From NCBI RefSeq assembly GCF_009914755.1, contig NC_060932.1: DNA of 64,000 bases, one strand, 5' to 3'. Made by a program: the position numbers and the translations under genes. The notes beneath the pieces were generated by a model that had not been told where the DNA came from, searched no databases, and saw nothing but the letters and a program-made list of their open reading frames with translations. This document shows, one piece after another, positions 35,600 through 54,201 of this stretch; position 1 is the first letter of the stretch, and the number at the start of each line of letters is the position of its first letter. The stretch is from the human T2T-CHM13v2.0 reference genome, Homo sapiens.

Positions 35600-36275
35600 C
35601 CTTCAGTGCCTTTTCTTATTGTTTGCTGCCTTTCCTAATACCACCCACCAACTGACCCACATCAAGCCTCTTACGGAGATAACACCATCCATGGGTTCCC
35701 TGTCCCTTCTACAAGCCATTTGCATGCTCACCTTCACCCAGCTACACTTGCTTATTTGTTTATCCGCAAGTATATGTGAAGCGTCTGCTCTATGTCAGGC
35801 AGCGTCCTAAGTGGGGAGGATAAACTGCAACCCTGGGACTGCCTGCCTTTGTTCACGCTCGTTTATTCTCAGAGTTTGTACAAACCTCCTCCTCGCCCAA
35901 ACTCCACCCTTCTCCAAAAGTCCTGCTTCTCCCATGAAAAACATGCTCTGGACCCTCGTACCACTTCCATGCACGAAGGAGCTGAGACCACACATGTTCA
36001 TAGGACGCTCCTGTATAGTATCAAGTGCACATATCCACCCACCCCTACTAAGAGCTGCAAGGGGTTTTTAGGAGAATATTCACATCCCATAGCGGGTTGT
36101 AGAGTAAAGGTTCAAATCTCAACTTTAGGAGAAAACAGATCACCAAGTTTTATCCCCGGGAAAGGGTGAGAGAATTAACATTTTTTGAGCAACTGCTAGG
36201 CCCTTTGAGTCAAAATCTGATTTAATCCTCTCAGCTATCCCAATATTAGACATTATTATTTCAAGTTTTAAAATC

Positions 36276-36935
<660 letters not shown>

Positions 36936-38262
36936 ATGGTTATCCCCATTTTTCTGGGTAAAACATACAGAAAACAGGATTTCTTACCACACCACTGGGG
37001 CTGGAATTCAAACCTAGGAGAGTCGGAATCTAAAAGACATATGCTGCTCTCACCCAAGCTGCCTCCCCTGCATTTATGCAAAGGAATTGATCAATACTGT
37101 CCTGACCAGGCCTGTGCAGGACCGAGGAGATGCCAGCATCACCTGCAAGTTTGTACAGAAACTTTGCTGCTCACAAGACCTCCTCCTGTGTGTCTCGCAA
37201 ACTCAAATCAAAGGAACATGTTGGGCATGTGGTGAGGGGAAAAGATCAGTGATTGGCCAGATATGGAGGGAAGTCCTTCAGTTGTCCTGAAGGCAAAGGC
37301 TCCCCAGGCCTTAGCTGCAGCGTGTGCCTTGAGCGCTGGGCACCAAGACTGCCTGAGTTAGTGGAGAAAGCAGGGGTTTTGATTCTGTGCAGATCCAGGC
37401 TAAGGTGACATATAAACTCTGTGAGTTTGGCCCACACTTAGAAGAGCCCCAGTTTTCTCATCTATGAAATGAGATTATGATTCCCAATGCCACTTGCTCA
37501 CCCAGTTATCAGGGAGGAGTCAAAAAAGATGGTATAGAGATAGTGCTTTTCAAACTCCAGATGTTCTAATCAAATTATCAGTGGCTGCTACCGCTGCTGT
37601 CATTTTCTGCACCTTCTCTCTCCTCTCCACTTAAACACTCCCTGCACGCTGCCACCTCTGCCTGTGTCCTTCTCTGTAGCCGAGCTTCAGGCCCAATTTC
37701 TACTCTTCTCCTCTGGGGCAGTAGAACATGACCGTACGTGCCCAGGACCTGCAGCCAGACCACCTGGATTTGAGTTCCCAAGAGTACAACTCCAAACACA
37801 TCACTAAGCCATGCAATGCCTGTCTGCTACCTTACACCATGGAGGAAAAATGGCACCCACTCATGGGAATCTTGTGAGGATGAAATGAACAAGCTCTTGG
37901 AAAAGCACCCAGCTCCTGCAGGACTTTCCTCTCAGTGCCTGTGGGCTTCTTCCAAGGCCACTCCTTCTTGCATGGCCATCTCTTGCCATCCTATCTGAGG
38001 TCAGCCCAGATAGCAACTCCTTCATTACACCCTTCTTTCCCTCCTTCTCTACCTCCGTGTTAAATATTCTTTTCTTCCATTTGTCTGTGGGCTCCTTAAG
38101 AGCAGAGACTATGTCTTTGTCATCCACAGAGCCTAGTCTTGGGTCTAGCACATAGCACAGTGCTCAATGAGTGCTCAGTCAATGAACTAATTAATAATTG
38201 GTGAACAGGTAAATAAACACAACACTCCTTCTGTTCTTCACACCTCAACCCAACTCCCCTAG

Positions 38263-38559
<297 letters not shown>

Positions 38560-40509
38560 ACAATTCCACTAGTTTAAGCAAATTTCTGACAAAGACTGTA
38601 TTTATTCCTGGATATGTCCTTACAGCAAGCAGAACAGATGCTTGTATTGAGACCCTATGTGCTGTCACCCAAGTGATCTCCAATCAAAATCTTCATCTTT
38701 ATAAAAAGACTGGTTGCTATAACTACTAATGTGATACCCTTAGAAACATATCCCTCCCACATCGTATTCAGAATTAATGGCTGCCTTAAGCCCCAGGAGT
38801 GGGGTGCCATGGAGTGGCTTCACACACAGCTAACTGCAAGCCTGCATGGGGTCATGTCGGCTTGAACTGGGTTCTTCGGATGCAGTACAGCCTTCACCTA
38901 TGCGGTTGGCCAATCTTGTTATAGATCCCATTCTTTTGCCTAAAGCTTGCAGCTCAACTCAGAATCAATGAAGGCAAAATATCTGCTTTGCTGGGAGCAG
39001 GAGAAAATCTTGTTGAACACAAATAAGACCGTCTCTGTGCAGCTGGTGCTGAGTACACTTGAGGAGTATGTGTCCATGTGTATTCATGCACACAGACATA
39101 CACACACACTCATGCATACACAACGATCACACAAATCCATCATTTCCAGAGCAGAACATGGACCTGACTACTAGTATTCCTACAAACAGGCTCCCCCACT
39201 CCTTCTCAGTAGAGTTCAAGATGAAGTGCAGCCTCAGACCACAGTAAAAGGTCTTGTGTGTTGAGGGAAGGGAATATGGTCCTGCCATCGTCTCTGTCAG
39301 GCATCCCATGTCAAAAAGTATAATAATAATATTATTTGAGAGGCCAATTAAAACCTTCTCAATTTCATGTGGTAAGAATAAAACAAGTCTGAAGAAATAT
39401 TTGCTCTTTTTGCTGATCTGTACCAAGCAATCTGAGTAAAATCAGTGTTCTCGTGCTACAAATGCAGCTTTCAGACACAGCTACTGTCCCCCCTCTTCAT
39501 ACTCTTCCAGCCAGATTGCCCTGTCAGCCCATCAAGCCCCAGTGAAGGCTGCCCAGGGCCAGGGATGGGCATAGAGGGTATGGCAAGGACACAGTCTAAA
39601 GCAGGAGTTAGCGCTTAGTAGAAGCAGCTGACAGTGGAAGCCAGGCTGGATGGAGAGGCAAGGGAAGCCAGACTGATAGAGATGGAGAGAACCCCACAAA
39701 GCCAGAGCTGCTGCAGTGGAAGAAGTGAAACGGGAAGAGGACTCCGATCACACGGGAAATGTCTGCATATGAGACCTGGAAGGAGAGCAATGTAGAACTC
39801 TATGTCTGGCAACAAGAAGGCTGAATACGCAGAGAGAATAAATAATGAGGCAGCTCTGTGTTGCATGTCGTATGGGGAGGAAACGAACATACTTGAAACT
39901 GAGGAAGTCTGAGGACTGTAACTGCAGAAGAGCAAAGGCTCATAGACAGGGAGGCTGCGAACCCCAGAGGACGGAGCCCAGAGTTAACTAGAAGATGGCT
40001 GTCTGGGGTGAAACTGAAAGTTGAAAACTTTATCGAAGATGAAAACTTTATTTATACACACTTTTCTAGGAAGAAACGATTCCTATTTGCATGTTTTATT
40101 CTTATCTCCAACCTAGTCATGCTGCTTTGTGCTCCAATGAGAAAGACCTTGATGATTATAATCCGAAGAAAGAACAGCTAAAAGTCGACCGCTGTATGGT
40201 GAAAAAGAAAGTCAAATAAGATGGGATGGACAGACAGAAAAGAATTAATTATATGTAAACTAAGTAGCAATAAAATTACAGCATGAGTAAAGTACTCTGA
40301 GCGCAATTTTTTTAAAAAAGTAATTCAAGTAGTTCTTTTGTATCCTCCCAAGTGATATTTTTTATGAAAAAAGAGTGCTTTCTTTTTGATTGATCTCGGT
40401 TAAAATATTGAAAAGAGTCCATAATAGAGAGAAAATTAGTTTTATCCCTTTACTCACAATAAGGATACAGATTGAGTAATAATAATACCTTCTTAAAAAT
40501 AAATATGTC

Positions 40510-40813
<304 letters not shown>

Positions 40814-41297
40814 GTTGCCTTCGTTTGAACTCTAGAGTTCGAGTTACCTGACTAGGACACTTAGGATTCCCAGCAGTGGAGGGGAAGCGCTCCTGTCCAC
40901 CCTCCCTCTTCATCTGCCCTCATCCTTATTTAGAGAGACATTTCTGGAGGACCTTCCAACCTGCAGCACATGCGACCTCAAAACCACATGTCTCTTCTCT
41001 CCCCACATCTGCCCACTTGTCTTGACCTGCAAACTCAGCTTTCCCTCCAGTTCCGGGATACGACTTGTCAATGGTTGCATTTAACAACTCCAGACTAACA
41101 TTGGGAGACATAACCATGACACAATTTTCCAGGCCCAGCTCTGGTAACCACAACCTCCACTCCTCTCCTGCTACTGTTACTGTGTTTCAGTCTGCCCGAG
41201 TACTCAGGACCACTCCCAAAACCACGCACTAGCTTGTTGTCACTAGATCCTTATCAACCTTCTAATGACAATTTCAGAAATCTCAGTCTGGGATACC

Positions 41298-42409
41298 TGT
41301 TGCGGGAAGTCAGGGACCCCGAACGGAGGGACCGGCTGAAGCCATGGCAGAAGAACATGGATTGTGAAGATTTCATGGACATTTATTAGTTCCCCAAATT
41401 AATACTTTTATAATTTCTTATGCCTGTCTTTACTGCAATCTCTGAACATAAATTGTGAAGATTTCATGGACACTTATCACTTCCCCAGTCAATACCCTTG
41501 TGATTTCCTATGTCTGTCTTTACTTTAATCTCTTAATCCCGTCATCTCCATAACATGAGGAGGATGTATGTCGCCTCAGGACCCTGTGATGATTGTGTTA
41601 ACTGCACAAATTGTTTGTAGAGCATGTGTGTTTGAACAATATGAAATCTGGGCACCTTGAAAAAAGAACAGGATAACAGCGATGTTCAGGGAACAGGAGC
41701 GATAACCTTAAACTCTGACTACCGGTGAGCAGGGCGGAACAGAGCCATATTTCTCTTCTTTCAAAAGCAAATGGGAGAAATATCGCTGAATTCTTTTTCT
41801 CAGCAAGAAACATCCCCGAGAAAGAGAATGCATCCCTGAGGGTAGGCCTCCGAAATGGCCACTTTGGGGGCAGCCGTCTCTTATGGTCAAAGCTGTAGGG
41901 ATGAAATAAGCCCCAGTCTCCCGTAGCACTCTGAGGCTTATTAGGATGAGGAAACTCCTGCCTAATAAATTTTGGTCAGACTGGTTGTCTGCTCTCAAAT
42001 CCTGTCTCCTGATAAGATGTTATCTGTGACAATGCGTGCCCGAAACTTAATTAGCAATTTTAACTTCACCCCAGTCCTGTGATCCTGTGATCTCGCCCTG
42101 CCTCCATTTGCCTTGTGATATCTTATTAACTTGTGAAGCATGTGATCTCTGTGACCCACACCCTATTTGTACACTCCCTCCCCTTTTGAAAATCAGTAAT
42201 AAAAACTTGCTGGTTTTACAGCTCAGGGGGCATCACAGAACCTGCTGACATGTGATGTCTCCCCCGGACACCCAGCTTTAAAATTTCTCTCTTTTGTACT
42301 CTGTCCCTTTATTTCTCAGGCCAGCTGACACTTAGGGAAAATAGAAAAGAACCTACGTGAAATATCGGGGGTGAATTTCGCCTGATATCTGGCTGAATTT
42401 CCCCCAATA
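41298..42409 (+). mobile_element. MER11 solo LTR (HERV-K HML-8)
   Basis: Start tgttgcgggaagtcagggaccccgaacggagggacc; aataaa near 42198; end ttcccccaata; 6-bp TSD gatacc/gatgcc. Confidence 0.92.
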
Positions 42410-42960
42410 GATGCCCACCTCCAGCCCTCATGCTCATTTATTCTCGTAGCAGCAGTTCTTCAAGGCCACTGAGACTCCACCCCACTGATGCTGCCATTTC
42501 CTCCATCCTCCTCCCTGTCAGCACTTAACCTCACTCATGGCTGAGCTCCCACGGAGTCTACACTCCAACCACTCTTTTGCCAACACTGAAAGTTCCATTG
42601 TCTCATGGTTTATCCTCCTCACTGAAAGTCCCTGTTGTGTTGACTGGAAACTCCTACTCATCCCGAAAATTCCCTAAAGAGCTTCTTGTCTTTATATACA
42701 GACCCTCTGCCCTATGGAGGGGATGCCACTCATGATTTCCCAACACAATCTTCTTGTTTTCCTCCCTTGCAATAAAAGTGAGCTTCCTACCACATTACTT
42801 GCAAAATATTGAAGAAATAGGAATCCTAGTTAGACAAACTCAATCACTCTACATTTTTGATAGCTTGATCTATATATATATATTTACAATTTTTAAAAAA
42901 TTACAAATAATTTCAGTTCCCTTTACAAAGGCTAAAAACTCAATCATTTAAGGTTAGGTG

Positions 42961-43200
42961 GGCTGGGCACAGTGGCTAACGTCTGTAATCCCAGCACTTT
43001 GGGAAGCTGAGGTGGGCAGATCACCTGAGGTCAGAGGTTTGAGACTAGCCTGGCCAACATGTCAAAACCAAATCTCCAATAAAAACACAAAAAAAATTAG
43101 CCAGGGTGGTGGCACACATCTGTAGCCCCAACTACTCTGGAGGCTGAAGAAGGAGAATCACCTGGGCAACAGAGGGAAACTCCATCTCAAACAAACAAAA
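42961..43200 (+). mobile_element. AluS with internal right-arm deletion
   Basis: gaatcac joined to ctgggcaacag. Confidence 0.85.
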
Positions 43201-43451
43201 AGGTTAAATGATAAAGCCACCATGAATCTTTCTAGTTATACAAAGGTGAAAAATAGACAGGTATAAACTAAGTGGACCCACTCTGTTGAGTCCAAGAGGA
43301 AAAAATGGAATTCTCCTCTGTCCACGACTTTGAGTAAAGACAGAAAGATACTTTGCAATGTGTCTTCTTTACCTGCCAACTTCTGATATAGAGGCTGGAA
43401 AAAGGTTATTATTTAGTAGCCAGTGGCATGGCCAAGGCTCAGTTAAGCTAA

Positions 43452-43819
<368 letters not shown>

Positions 43820-44359
43820 ACCAGCAACTCTTATATCAGAGTCTAGCTGTCTGGGGAAGACAAGTGATCTCCCGAAAGATGCAGGAGAAATGAAGACACC
43901 AACATTTGTTAAGTGTGTTGTGAGCCAAACTGTTTCTATGTTCTCTGATTCTCAAAAAAGAAAAAAATAGTCCTTCAAGATGAATAACATTACACCCATT
44001 TGAAAGATTTGGAGACATACAAAAGTTGAGTAACTTGGCCAAGACCAACACAATGCTGCCTCTAGTAAACAGCAGAGAAGAATGTGATGGAGTGGCTCTG
44101 GTCCTCCACCCGCTGCTCACCTGCGCTCAGTTTTCCACCATGAACGGAAGCGTCACGTGTTTGCCATTCTCCAAGTCATTAAGCTAAAAGAAACTTCCCG
44201 GAAGTAAATTAGTCCAGGAATATCATCAAGGCCACTGCAGAGAGATCGACACTTTACACATCGCCTAATAATATGTGTTTATGTAAATGGCAATAAACAA
44301 GCCTGATTTACATCAGTATCTTCAATATAGTTTCCCTTGACTTTGCATAATGAATTTTA

Positions 44360-44792
<433 letters not shown>

Positions 44793-45665
44793 AAGGGAAA
44801 CATCAATAAATAAGCCCTTGCCAGACTCCTGGAAGATTTGAAAAAAAAAGGGAGCAGAGTTCTTTAGATCTCAGAGAGGGGCAAATGAGAAAACAAGTCA
44901 GAGATAATGTCCATGGTGAGGCAACTGCAGGTTGAACTACATAGTTTCCGAGCTTTCTTCCCGCATAAGAACCTATGATTCGATTCTATCAGAAGGGAAA
45001 ATAGTGAGTGAGAAGGGGGACCTTTGTAGTGAGACTTCAGTGAGACCCCCAATATTAACATTGTATCTCTTTCCTGGGCTCAAAAAGCCAAGCTGACTCC
45101 CTGGAACCTTCACTGCGAATAATGAGCAATGTTGGCTCTTTGCCCAGTGAACGTTCATCTTCCAGAACCCAAGGCCACCTCCTTACACCTCATCAAAGTG
45201 AAAGTCAATTAATGTGACTGCTCTCTCCAAAAGGAGAGAAAGCATTGGCTCAGTTAGCTTCAAATTCAGCCGCATTTATCACATATTTTAAAAAGCCAGA
45301 CTCTTACAGATGTCCTCATGACAATTCTGGATGAATATTCCCTAATTTTTATTTGTAAATCATCTCTATTGAGGTATAATTATACACAAAAAAATCCATT
45401 TTAAGTGTCCAGTTTCTTGTGTTTTGACAAATGTATACACCTGTGTAACCATCAACACAATCATGACGCAGAATATTTTTATCAACCTGTGAATTTCCCT
45501 CCTTCCCCAGCCCCAGTCAGCCACTGATATGCTTTTTGTAGTTATAAATATTTTACCTTTCATTTTCTATAAACAAAACCACATGTATGATCATATTTGA
45601 ATCCACTTTGTTAAACTCAGTATAGTGTTTTCAAGGTTCATCCATGTTATTGCAAGTATCAGTAG

Positions 45666-46001
<336 letters not shown>

Positions 46002-46284
46002 TAGTATTCCATTGTATGGATAACTATGGTTTATTTATACCACACTCACCTGTTGATGGGTGTTTAGGTTGTTTGTAGTTTGGGACTCTTATGAATTAAC
46101 ATAAAATGAACATTCATGAACAAGTCTTAGTGTGAACACAGGTTTTGACATATCTGGGATAAATAGCCAGGAGTGAACTTTCTCATTTGATGGTATGTAA
46201 ATGTTTAACTTTATAGTAAACTCTTTTCCAAAGTAGTTGTGCCACTTTACACTGCTACCAGAAGTGGGTAAGAGTTCTAATTGC

Positions 46285-46609
<325 letters not shown>

Positions 46610-46820
46610 TCATCAGCATTCTGTATTTAGTTTCCCATTTCAGCCACTATGGCAAGCGTGAAGTAGTATACCTTTGTGGTCCTAGTTTGCATTTTTCCCT
46701 GATGACTGATGATGTGAAGGATTTTCACTGGCCATGTACTTATCTTCCATTCAAGTCTTTTGTCCAGTTTTCCCTATTGTGTTCTTTTTATTAAAGAATT
46801 TAAGTTATTTAAATATCTTT

Positions 46821-47138
46821 AGACTGGGCATGGTGGCTCACACCTGTAATCCTGGCACTTTGGGAGGCTGAGGCAGGAGGATTGCTTGAGCCCAGAAGTT
46901 TGAGACCAGCCTGAGCAGCACAGTAAGACTCTGTCTCCATAAAAAATATAAATAAAAATAGAAATTTAGCCAAGCATAATGGTGTGCACTTGTAGTCCCT
47001 GCTACTCCAGAGGCTGAGGCACGAGGATCACTTGAGCCTAGGAGTTTGAGGCTACAGTGAGCCATGATGACACTACTGCACTCGAGCTTGGGTGACAGAA
47101 TGAAAGAGACCCTGTCTCAAAAAAAAAAAAAAAAAAAA
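46821..47138 (+). mobile_element. AluJ
   Basis: ggaggattgcttgagccc, gaggctacagtgagccatgat. Confidence 0.9.
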
Positions 47139-47160
47139 GTTATACAAGTCCTTTGTCTAA

Positions 47161-47745
<585 letters not shown>

Positions 47746-47769
47746 TAAAGAGGTAGACTGAGGAAAAGG

Positions 47770-48420
47770 AGAGCCCTGTGCCCTTAAGGAGCATATATTT
47801 GGGTCAAAGACAGGAAATAAACACACAATGGATAGATGAACAGAGAGCTATAGAAAAAAAAAACAGATGGGAAAAATTTCAAGCACCAACAAATTCTCTG
47901 AAAAAGATAAAACAATGTAATATGGTAGAAAAGGACTTAAAAAAAAAGGGTTATCACCTCTTTATGAAAATGTGACCTAACTGAAAAGATCAAAATAGTG
48001 AGTACGAACCAAAGGATAAGGAGAACAATAGAAAGTGTGAAGGTCCTGAGGCAGAACTGAGCATGGTACATTTAGGATGCAGAAAGGAGGGGAGAAAATA
48101 TGGTAAACAAGAGAAACACAGAGGCGATGTTGGAGAGGGTGCTGGCCCACCTCACAGCCCATGGAGAGGCCTTTAACTTTATTCTGAGAATAATGAGAAG
48201 CCACTGAAGGATGCAAGCCACGCAGACATGATCTGTTTTAGACTTTGGCCAGATCCCTTCTGGCTGCTCTGTGGGTACGAACCATGCTAAGGAGGCCACC
48301 TAGGCACTGCTGGGGCCTGCAGGTAAGGGAGTGATGGTGGAGGTCCGTGTTGTGGCAGTGGAGACACTGAGGAGTGTTCAGAGCCAATATGTGTTTACAA
48401 GGTAGAGCTATCAAGATGTA
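47770..48420 (-). mobile_element. L2 fragment
   Basis: aaggtcctgaggcag, ctttattctgag.ataatgagaagccactgaagg, gacatgatctg, ctggctgctctgtgg. Confidence 0.65.
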
Positions 48421-48427
48421 CTGCCAT

Positions 48428-48610
48428 GGCCAGGCATGGTGGCTCACGCCTGTAATCCCGGCTGCTTGGGAGGCGAAGGTGCAGAAGAATCACTTTAACC
48501 CGAGAAGCGGCGGTTGCAGTGAGCCGAGATGGCACCACTGCACTCCAGCCTGGGTGACAGAGCAAGACCCCATCTCAAAAAAATAAAAAATAAAATAAAA
48601 TAAAAAATAA
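48428..48610 (+). mobile_element. Monomeric Alu (left-arm start fused to right-arm end, or FAM/FRAM-like)
   Basis: About 150-bp body with gctcacgcctgtaatccc then gaatcactttaacc...cactccagcctggg. Confidence 0.75.
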
Positions 48611-48845
48611 CATAACAATATGTAAGAAAACAGAAACCAGGAAGGGGCAAGGAAGCAATCATGATGAATGAGAGGTCCAGCATCTCATTGTCAGGATATT
48701 GTGATCTGGTGAGTTTCAGTTCTTTGATCCTTTCTTGAGAGCCATGAAGGTCATTTCCTGAGGAAGGAACTCAGATAAAACCAATGTAAGGTTTAAGCTC
48801 TAAGACGAGAAAAGTGAATTTCTATGTTCATTCAAAAAATTTTTG

Positions 48846-49147
48846 GGCCGGGCGCTGTGACTCACGCCTGTAATCCCAGCACTCTGACAGGCCAAGGCGG
48901 GCGGATCACGAGGTCAAGAGATAAAGACCATCCTGGCCAACATGGTGAAACTGCGTCTCTACTAAAAATACAAAAATATTAGCCGGCCGTGGTGGCTGGC
49001 GCCTGTAGTCCTAGCTACTCAGGAGACTGAGGTAGGAGAATAACTTGAACCCAGGAGGGGAGCCAGAGGTTGCAGTAAGCCGAGATTGCCCCGCTACACT
49101 CCAACCTGGCCACACCCCAGCCTGGCGACAGAGCGAGACTCCATCTC

Positions 49148-49179
<32 letters not shown>

Positions 49180-49182
49180 AAA
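48846..49182 (+). mobile_element. AluSc
   Basis: ggtcaagagat, cctggcgacag; 16-bp internal duplication near 49096. Confidence 0.9.
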
Positions 49183-49458
49183 TATCTATGTGACTATTGG
49201 GTTGGTTTCATAAGCAGGTTGATATGTCAGTAAGAAGTCCTGCATAGAGATTTTCAGCTAGTGATGCTAACTGAGACTGTGGATGTGGAAGTAGAAGAGG
49301 TCACTGAGGATGAGAGTGTTTAGAGAGGATGTGAGAATCTGGGGAAGAGAAACAAGATTTTTACATAAGAAAACTATGGATATGTTATGGAGTAAAGTTC
49401 ACAACTTTTTAGCATAAATTCTGACTTTGCATGATGTCCACTTACTATAATGTCTAAT

Positions 49459-50105
<647 letters not shown>

Positions 50106-50362
50106 CACTTTTTGTCTCAGAAATATAACTAACTACCTACTTTTTTAAAAAAAATTAAAAGTCATTCTTCCCATCATTTAAAGTGTTGGTGATGATGCAT
50201 TTAAGAGAATCCACAATCCACCTAAAGGCTATTATTGCTGGGCTCTTAAACCTGTTTTGCAATCATGAAGTGCTGGTATACTTTTGGTCCTGCCTCAGGA
50301 ATGTTGGTAAATACACTTGCCTTGCCACCTTTCCCACCTTCTTTCAGAACCATTTGTTTTTA

Positions 50363-50760
<398 letters not shown>

Positions 50761-50998
50761 AAAAACAAGGAGTGCTTAGTCTCAGATTTTTTTCCAGCAA
50801 ATGTTGCCAATACTCTACCATGCTTAGAGAATGACAGCCACATCATGACTGCCACCTGGCCCTCAGAGGTGGTAAGACAGCAGCGATAGTAGAATCTATC
50901 CCAAATTCAGTGATTTAAAACGTGAAACACATGTGCATCACAGCACGATGCAATCCAGTACTGAAGGTAGAGGGAAGGGGAAAAAACTAGGAAGAGTA

Positions 50999-52732
50999 GT
51001 ACTGCCACAGAGGCCACGATACTGCTGCAATATGAAGTACTGCCACAGATGTCACAGTATTGCTGCAATATAAAGTACCGCCACAATAAGAAGTATTGCC
51101 ACAGAGGCCACGGTACTGCTGCAATAACAAGTACCACCACAATATGAAGTATTGCCACAGAGGCCACAGTACTGCCACAATATAAAATACTGCCACAATA
51201 TGAAGTATTGCCACAGAGGCCACGGTACTGCCGCAATATAAAATACTGCCACAATATGAAGTATTGCCACAGAGGCCACGGTACTGCTGCAATAAAAAGT
51301 ACTGCCGCAATAAAAAGTACTGCCGCAGAGTCCACAGTACTGCTACAATGTGAAGTATTGCCACAGAGGCCATGCTACTGCCGCAATGTGAAGTACTGCT
51401 ACAGAGGACACAGTACTGCCACAATATGAAGTACTGCCAAAGAGGCCACGGTACTTCCGCAATATGAAGTACTGCCACAATATGAAGTACTGCCACAGAA
51501 GCCACAGTCCTGCCACAATATGAAGTACTGCCACAGAGGCCATGGTACTGCTGCAATATGAAGTACTGCCACAATATGAAGTATTGCCACAGAAGCCACA
51601 ATTCTGCCACAATATGAAGTACTGCCACAGAGGCCACAGTACTGCTGCAATATGAAGTACTGCCACAGAGGCCACGGTACTGCCACAATATGAAGTACTG
51701 CCACAGAGGCCATGGTACTGCCGCAATATGAAGTACTGCCACAATATGAAGTACTGCCACAGAGGCCATGGTACTGCCACAATATGAAGTACTGCCACAA
51801 TATGAAGTATTGCCACAGAAGCCACGGTTCTGCTGCAATATGAAGTACTGCCGCAGAGGCCACAGTACTGCTGCAATATGAAGTACTGCCACAGAGGCCA
51901 CGGTACTGCCACAATATGAAGTACTGCTGCAGAGGCCACTGTACTGCTGCAATATGAAGTACTGCCACAATATGAAGTATTTTCACAGAAGCCACAGTTC
52001 TGCTGCAATATGAAGTACTGCCACAATATGAAGTATTGCCACAGAGGCCATGGTACTGCTGCAATATGAAGTACTGCCACAATATGAAGTATTGCCACAG
52101 AAGCCACAGTTCTGCTGCAATATGAAGTACTGCTGCAAAGGCCACAGTACTGCCACAATGTGAAGTCCTGCCACAGAGGCCACGGTACTGCCACAACGTG
52201 AAGTACTACCACAGAGGCCACGGTACTGCCACAATATGAAGTCCTGCCACAGAGGCCATGGTACTGCCACAAAGTGAAGTCCTGCCACAGAGGCCATGGT
52301 ACTGCCACAACGTGAAGTACTGCCACAGAGGCCACAGTACTGCCACACGTGAAGTCCTGCCACAGAGGCCACGGTACTGCCACAATGTGAAGTACTGCCA
52401 CAGAGGCCACGGTACTGCCACAATGCGAAGTCCTGCCACAGAGGCCACAGTACTGCCACAACGTGAAGTACTGCCACAGAGGCCACGGTACTGCCACACG
52501 TGAAGTCCTGCCACAGAGGCCATGGTACTGCCACAATGTGAAGTCCTGCCACAGAGGCCACGGTACTGCCACAATGTGAAATCCTGCCACAGAGGCCACG
52601 GTACTGCCACAATGTGAAGTCCTGCCACAGAGGCCACTGTACTGCCACTATGTTAAGTACTGCCGCAGAGGCCACAGTACTGCTGCAATGGGAAGTACTG
52701 TCACAGAGCCCGCAGTACTGCTGCAATGTGAA
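50999..52732. repeat. Two-monomer minisatellite (20-bp A, 18-bp B)
   Basis: A=gtactgccacagaggccacg, B=gtactgccacaatatgaa; hand parse gives 40 A + 52 B summing exactly to 1734 bp. Confidence 0.97.
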
Positions 52733-53723
52733 GGAGTAACAGGGTTAAAAACATACTGCATTGATGTCCCTTTCAGTATTCTAGATTTTCAGTATCACCA
52801 AGGCTAGCCAGTCTTGCTGCTTTCAAAGCTATGTTGAAAGGCTATAAGTAGTTTTACTGTCATTTTGATGATCTGCATTTTCTAACTCTCTTAAATTGAA
52901 TCTAGATTATGTGTGTAATATTTTTAAAGCCATAACGTGTGATTCGATGTTTTCTTGTTTCATCTAGGTTAATTTTACTATTTCTTGTACATGTCCTAAC
53001 ATTGATATCCAGGGAGGAGCATCTATGTACAGAATAACTACATTGGAGAAGTTGAAATAAGTGTTCGTGAGATGATTTTGCACAATGATCACCCACACTG
53101 TAACATGCACACTGCTGGCAAGCAACAGTTGGCCAGCAAGGGCTTCACAGGTAAAAGGTGCTAGTTACGTGGCTGTTTCCAGGAGAACTCTTGATGTTTT
53201 AAGGGCTTTGCAGTCCTTCCCATTTGAAAGCGGAGCAGCACCATCTAGTTGTGAAAACCAAGAGTGCAGGCTCCCTTTTTCCTTCTAGTGTGGGTCTTGG
53301 CAACACTTCCCAGATTAAACAATTGGTTCTCAGACCTGCTTCCATTTTTATTAATAAGACAATTACATAGTCAAGTTTCTGTGGCTGTTAGTGATACATG
53401 TCTTATAAACAAACGCAAAAATGTCAAAACCTCAAAATTCTCTGTAAGTAGTGGCTGTACATCTCTAGTATCGCCTGTAAACGGTCATAACTTTTCAAAC
53501 AACTTGTATAAGTTTTGGATTATGTTGGCAATATCAGACACATTTTGCCTAAAGATAGATGTGTTTTAATGATGAAAGTATTGTTTCTGTTCTAGAATGT
53601 CATCATCACAGAGTGTGAATCCTAGTCTATAATTCACTTGTCCTTATTAAATTATTTTACAAATTACATACTATGCAAACTCTATCACTAGACTTATTGT
53701 CTTCTTATTACCTGTCTCTCTCT

Positions 53724-54027
<304 letters not shown>

Positions 54028-54201
54028 CTTATTACGTGTCTCTTAATTAATTTTTGGAAATTCTTAACTTGGTAGGCTTTATGAAGAAAATACATAAATT
54101 CTTTAAGATAGACATTTTCTGTCTATCTTATTTTCTGGTAGGTTAACAAGTGACATTTCTGAGTAATTTGTAAAATGTGACAGATAACCAATTCTATACG
54201 G

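Noticed and set aside
50907-52726. Long Cys/Trp-rich ORFs (up to 418 aa) on the minus strand
   Set aside because: Open in all three frames because the monomers lack stops; the 38/56-bp units are not codon-phased, so this is not coding evidence
50999-52732. CRISPR-like array or CTCF site array
   Set aside because: No unique spacers or cas genes, and primate context; ccacagaggcc is one base short in the CTCF core
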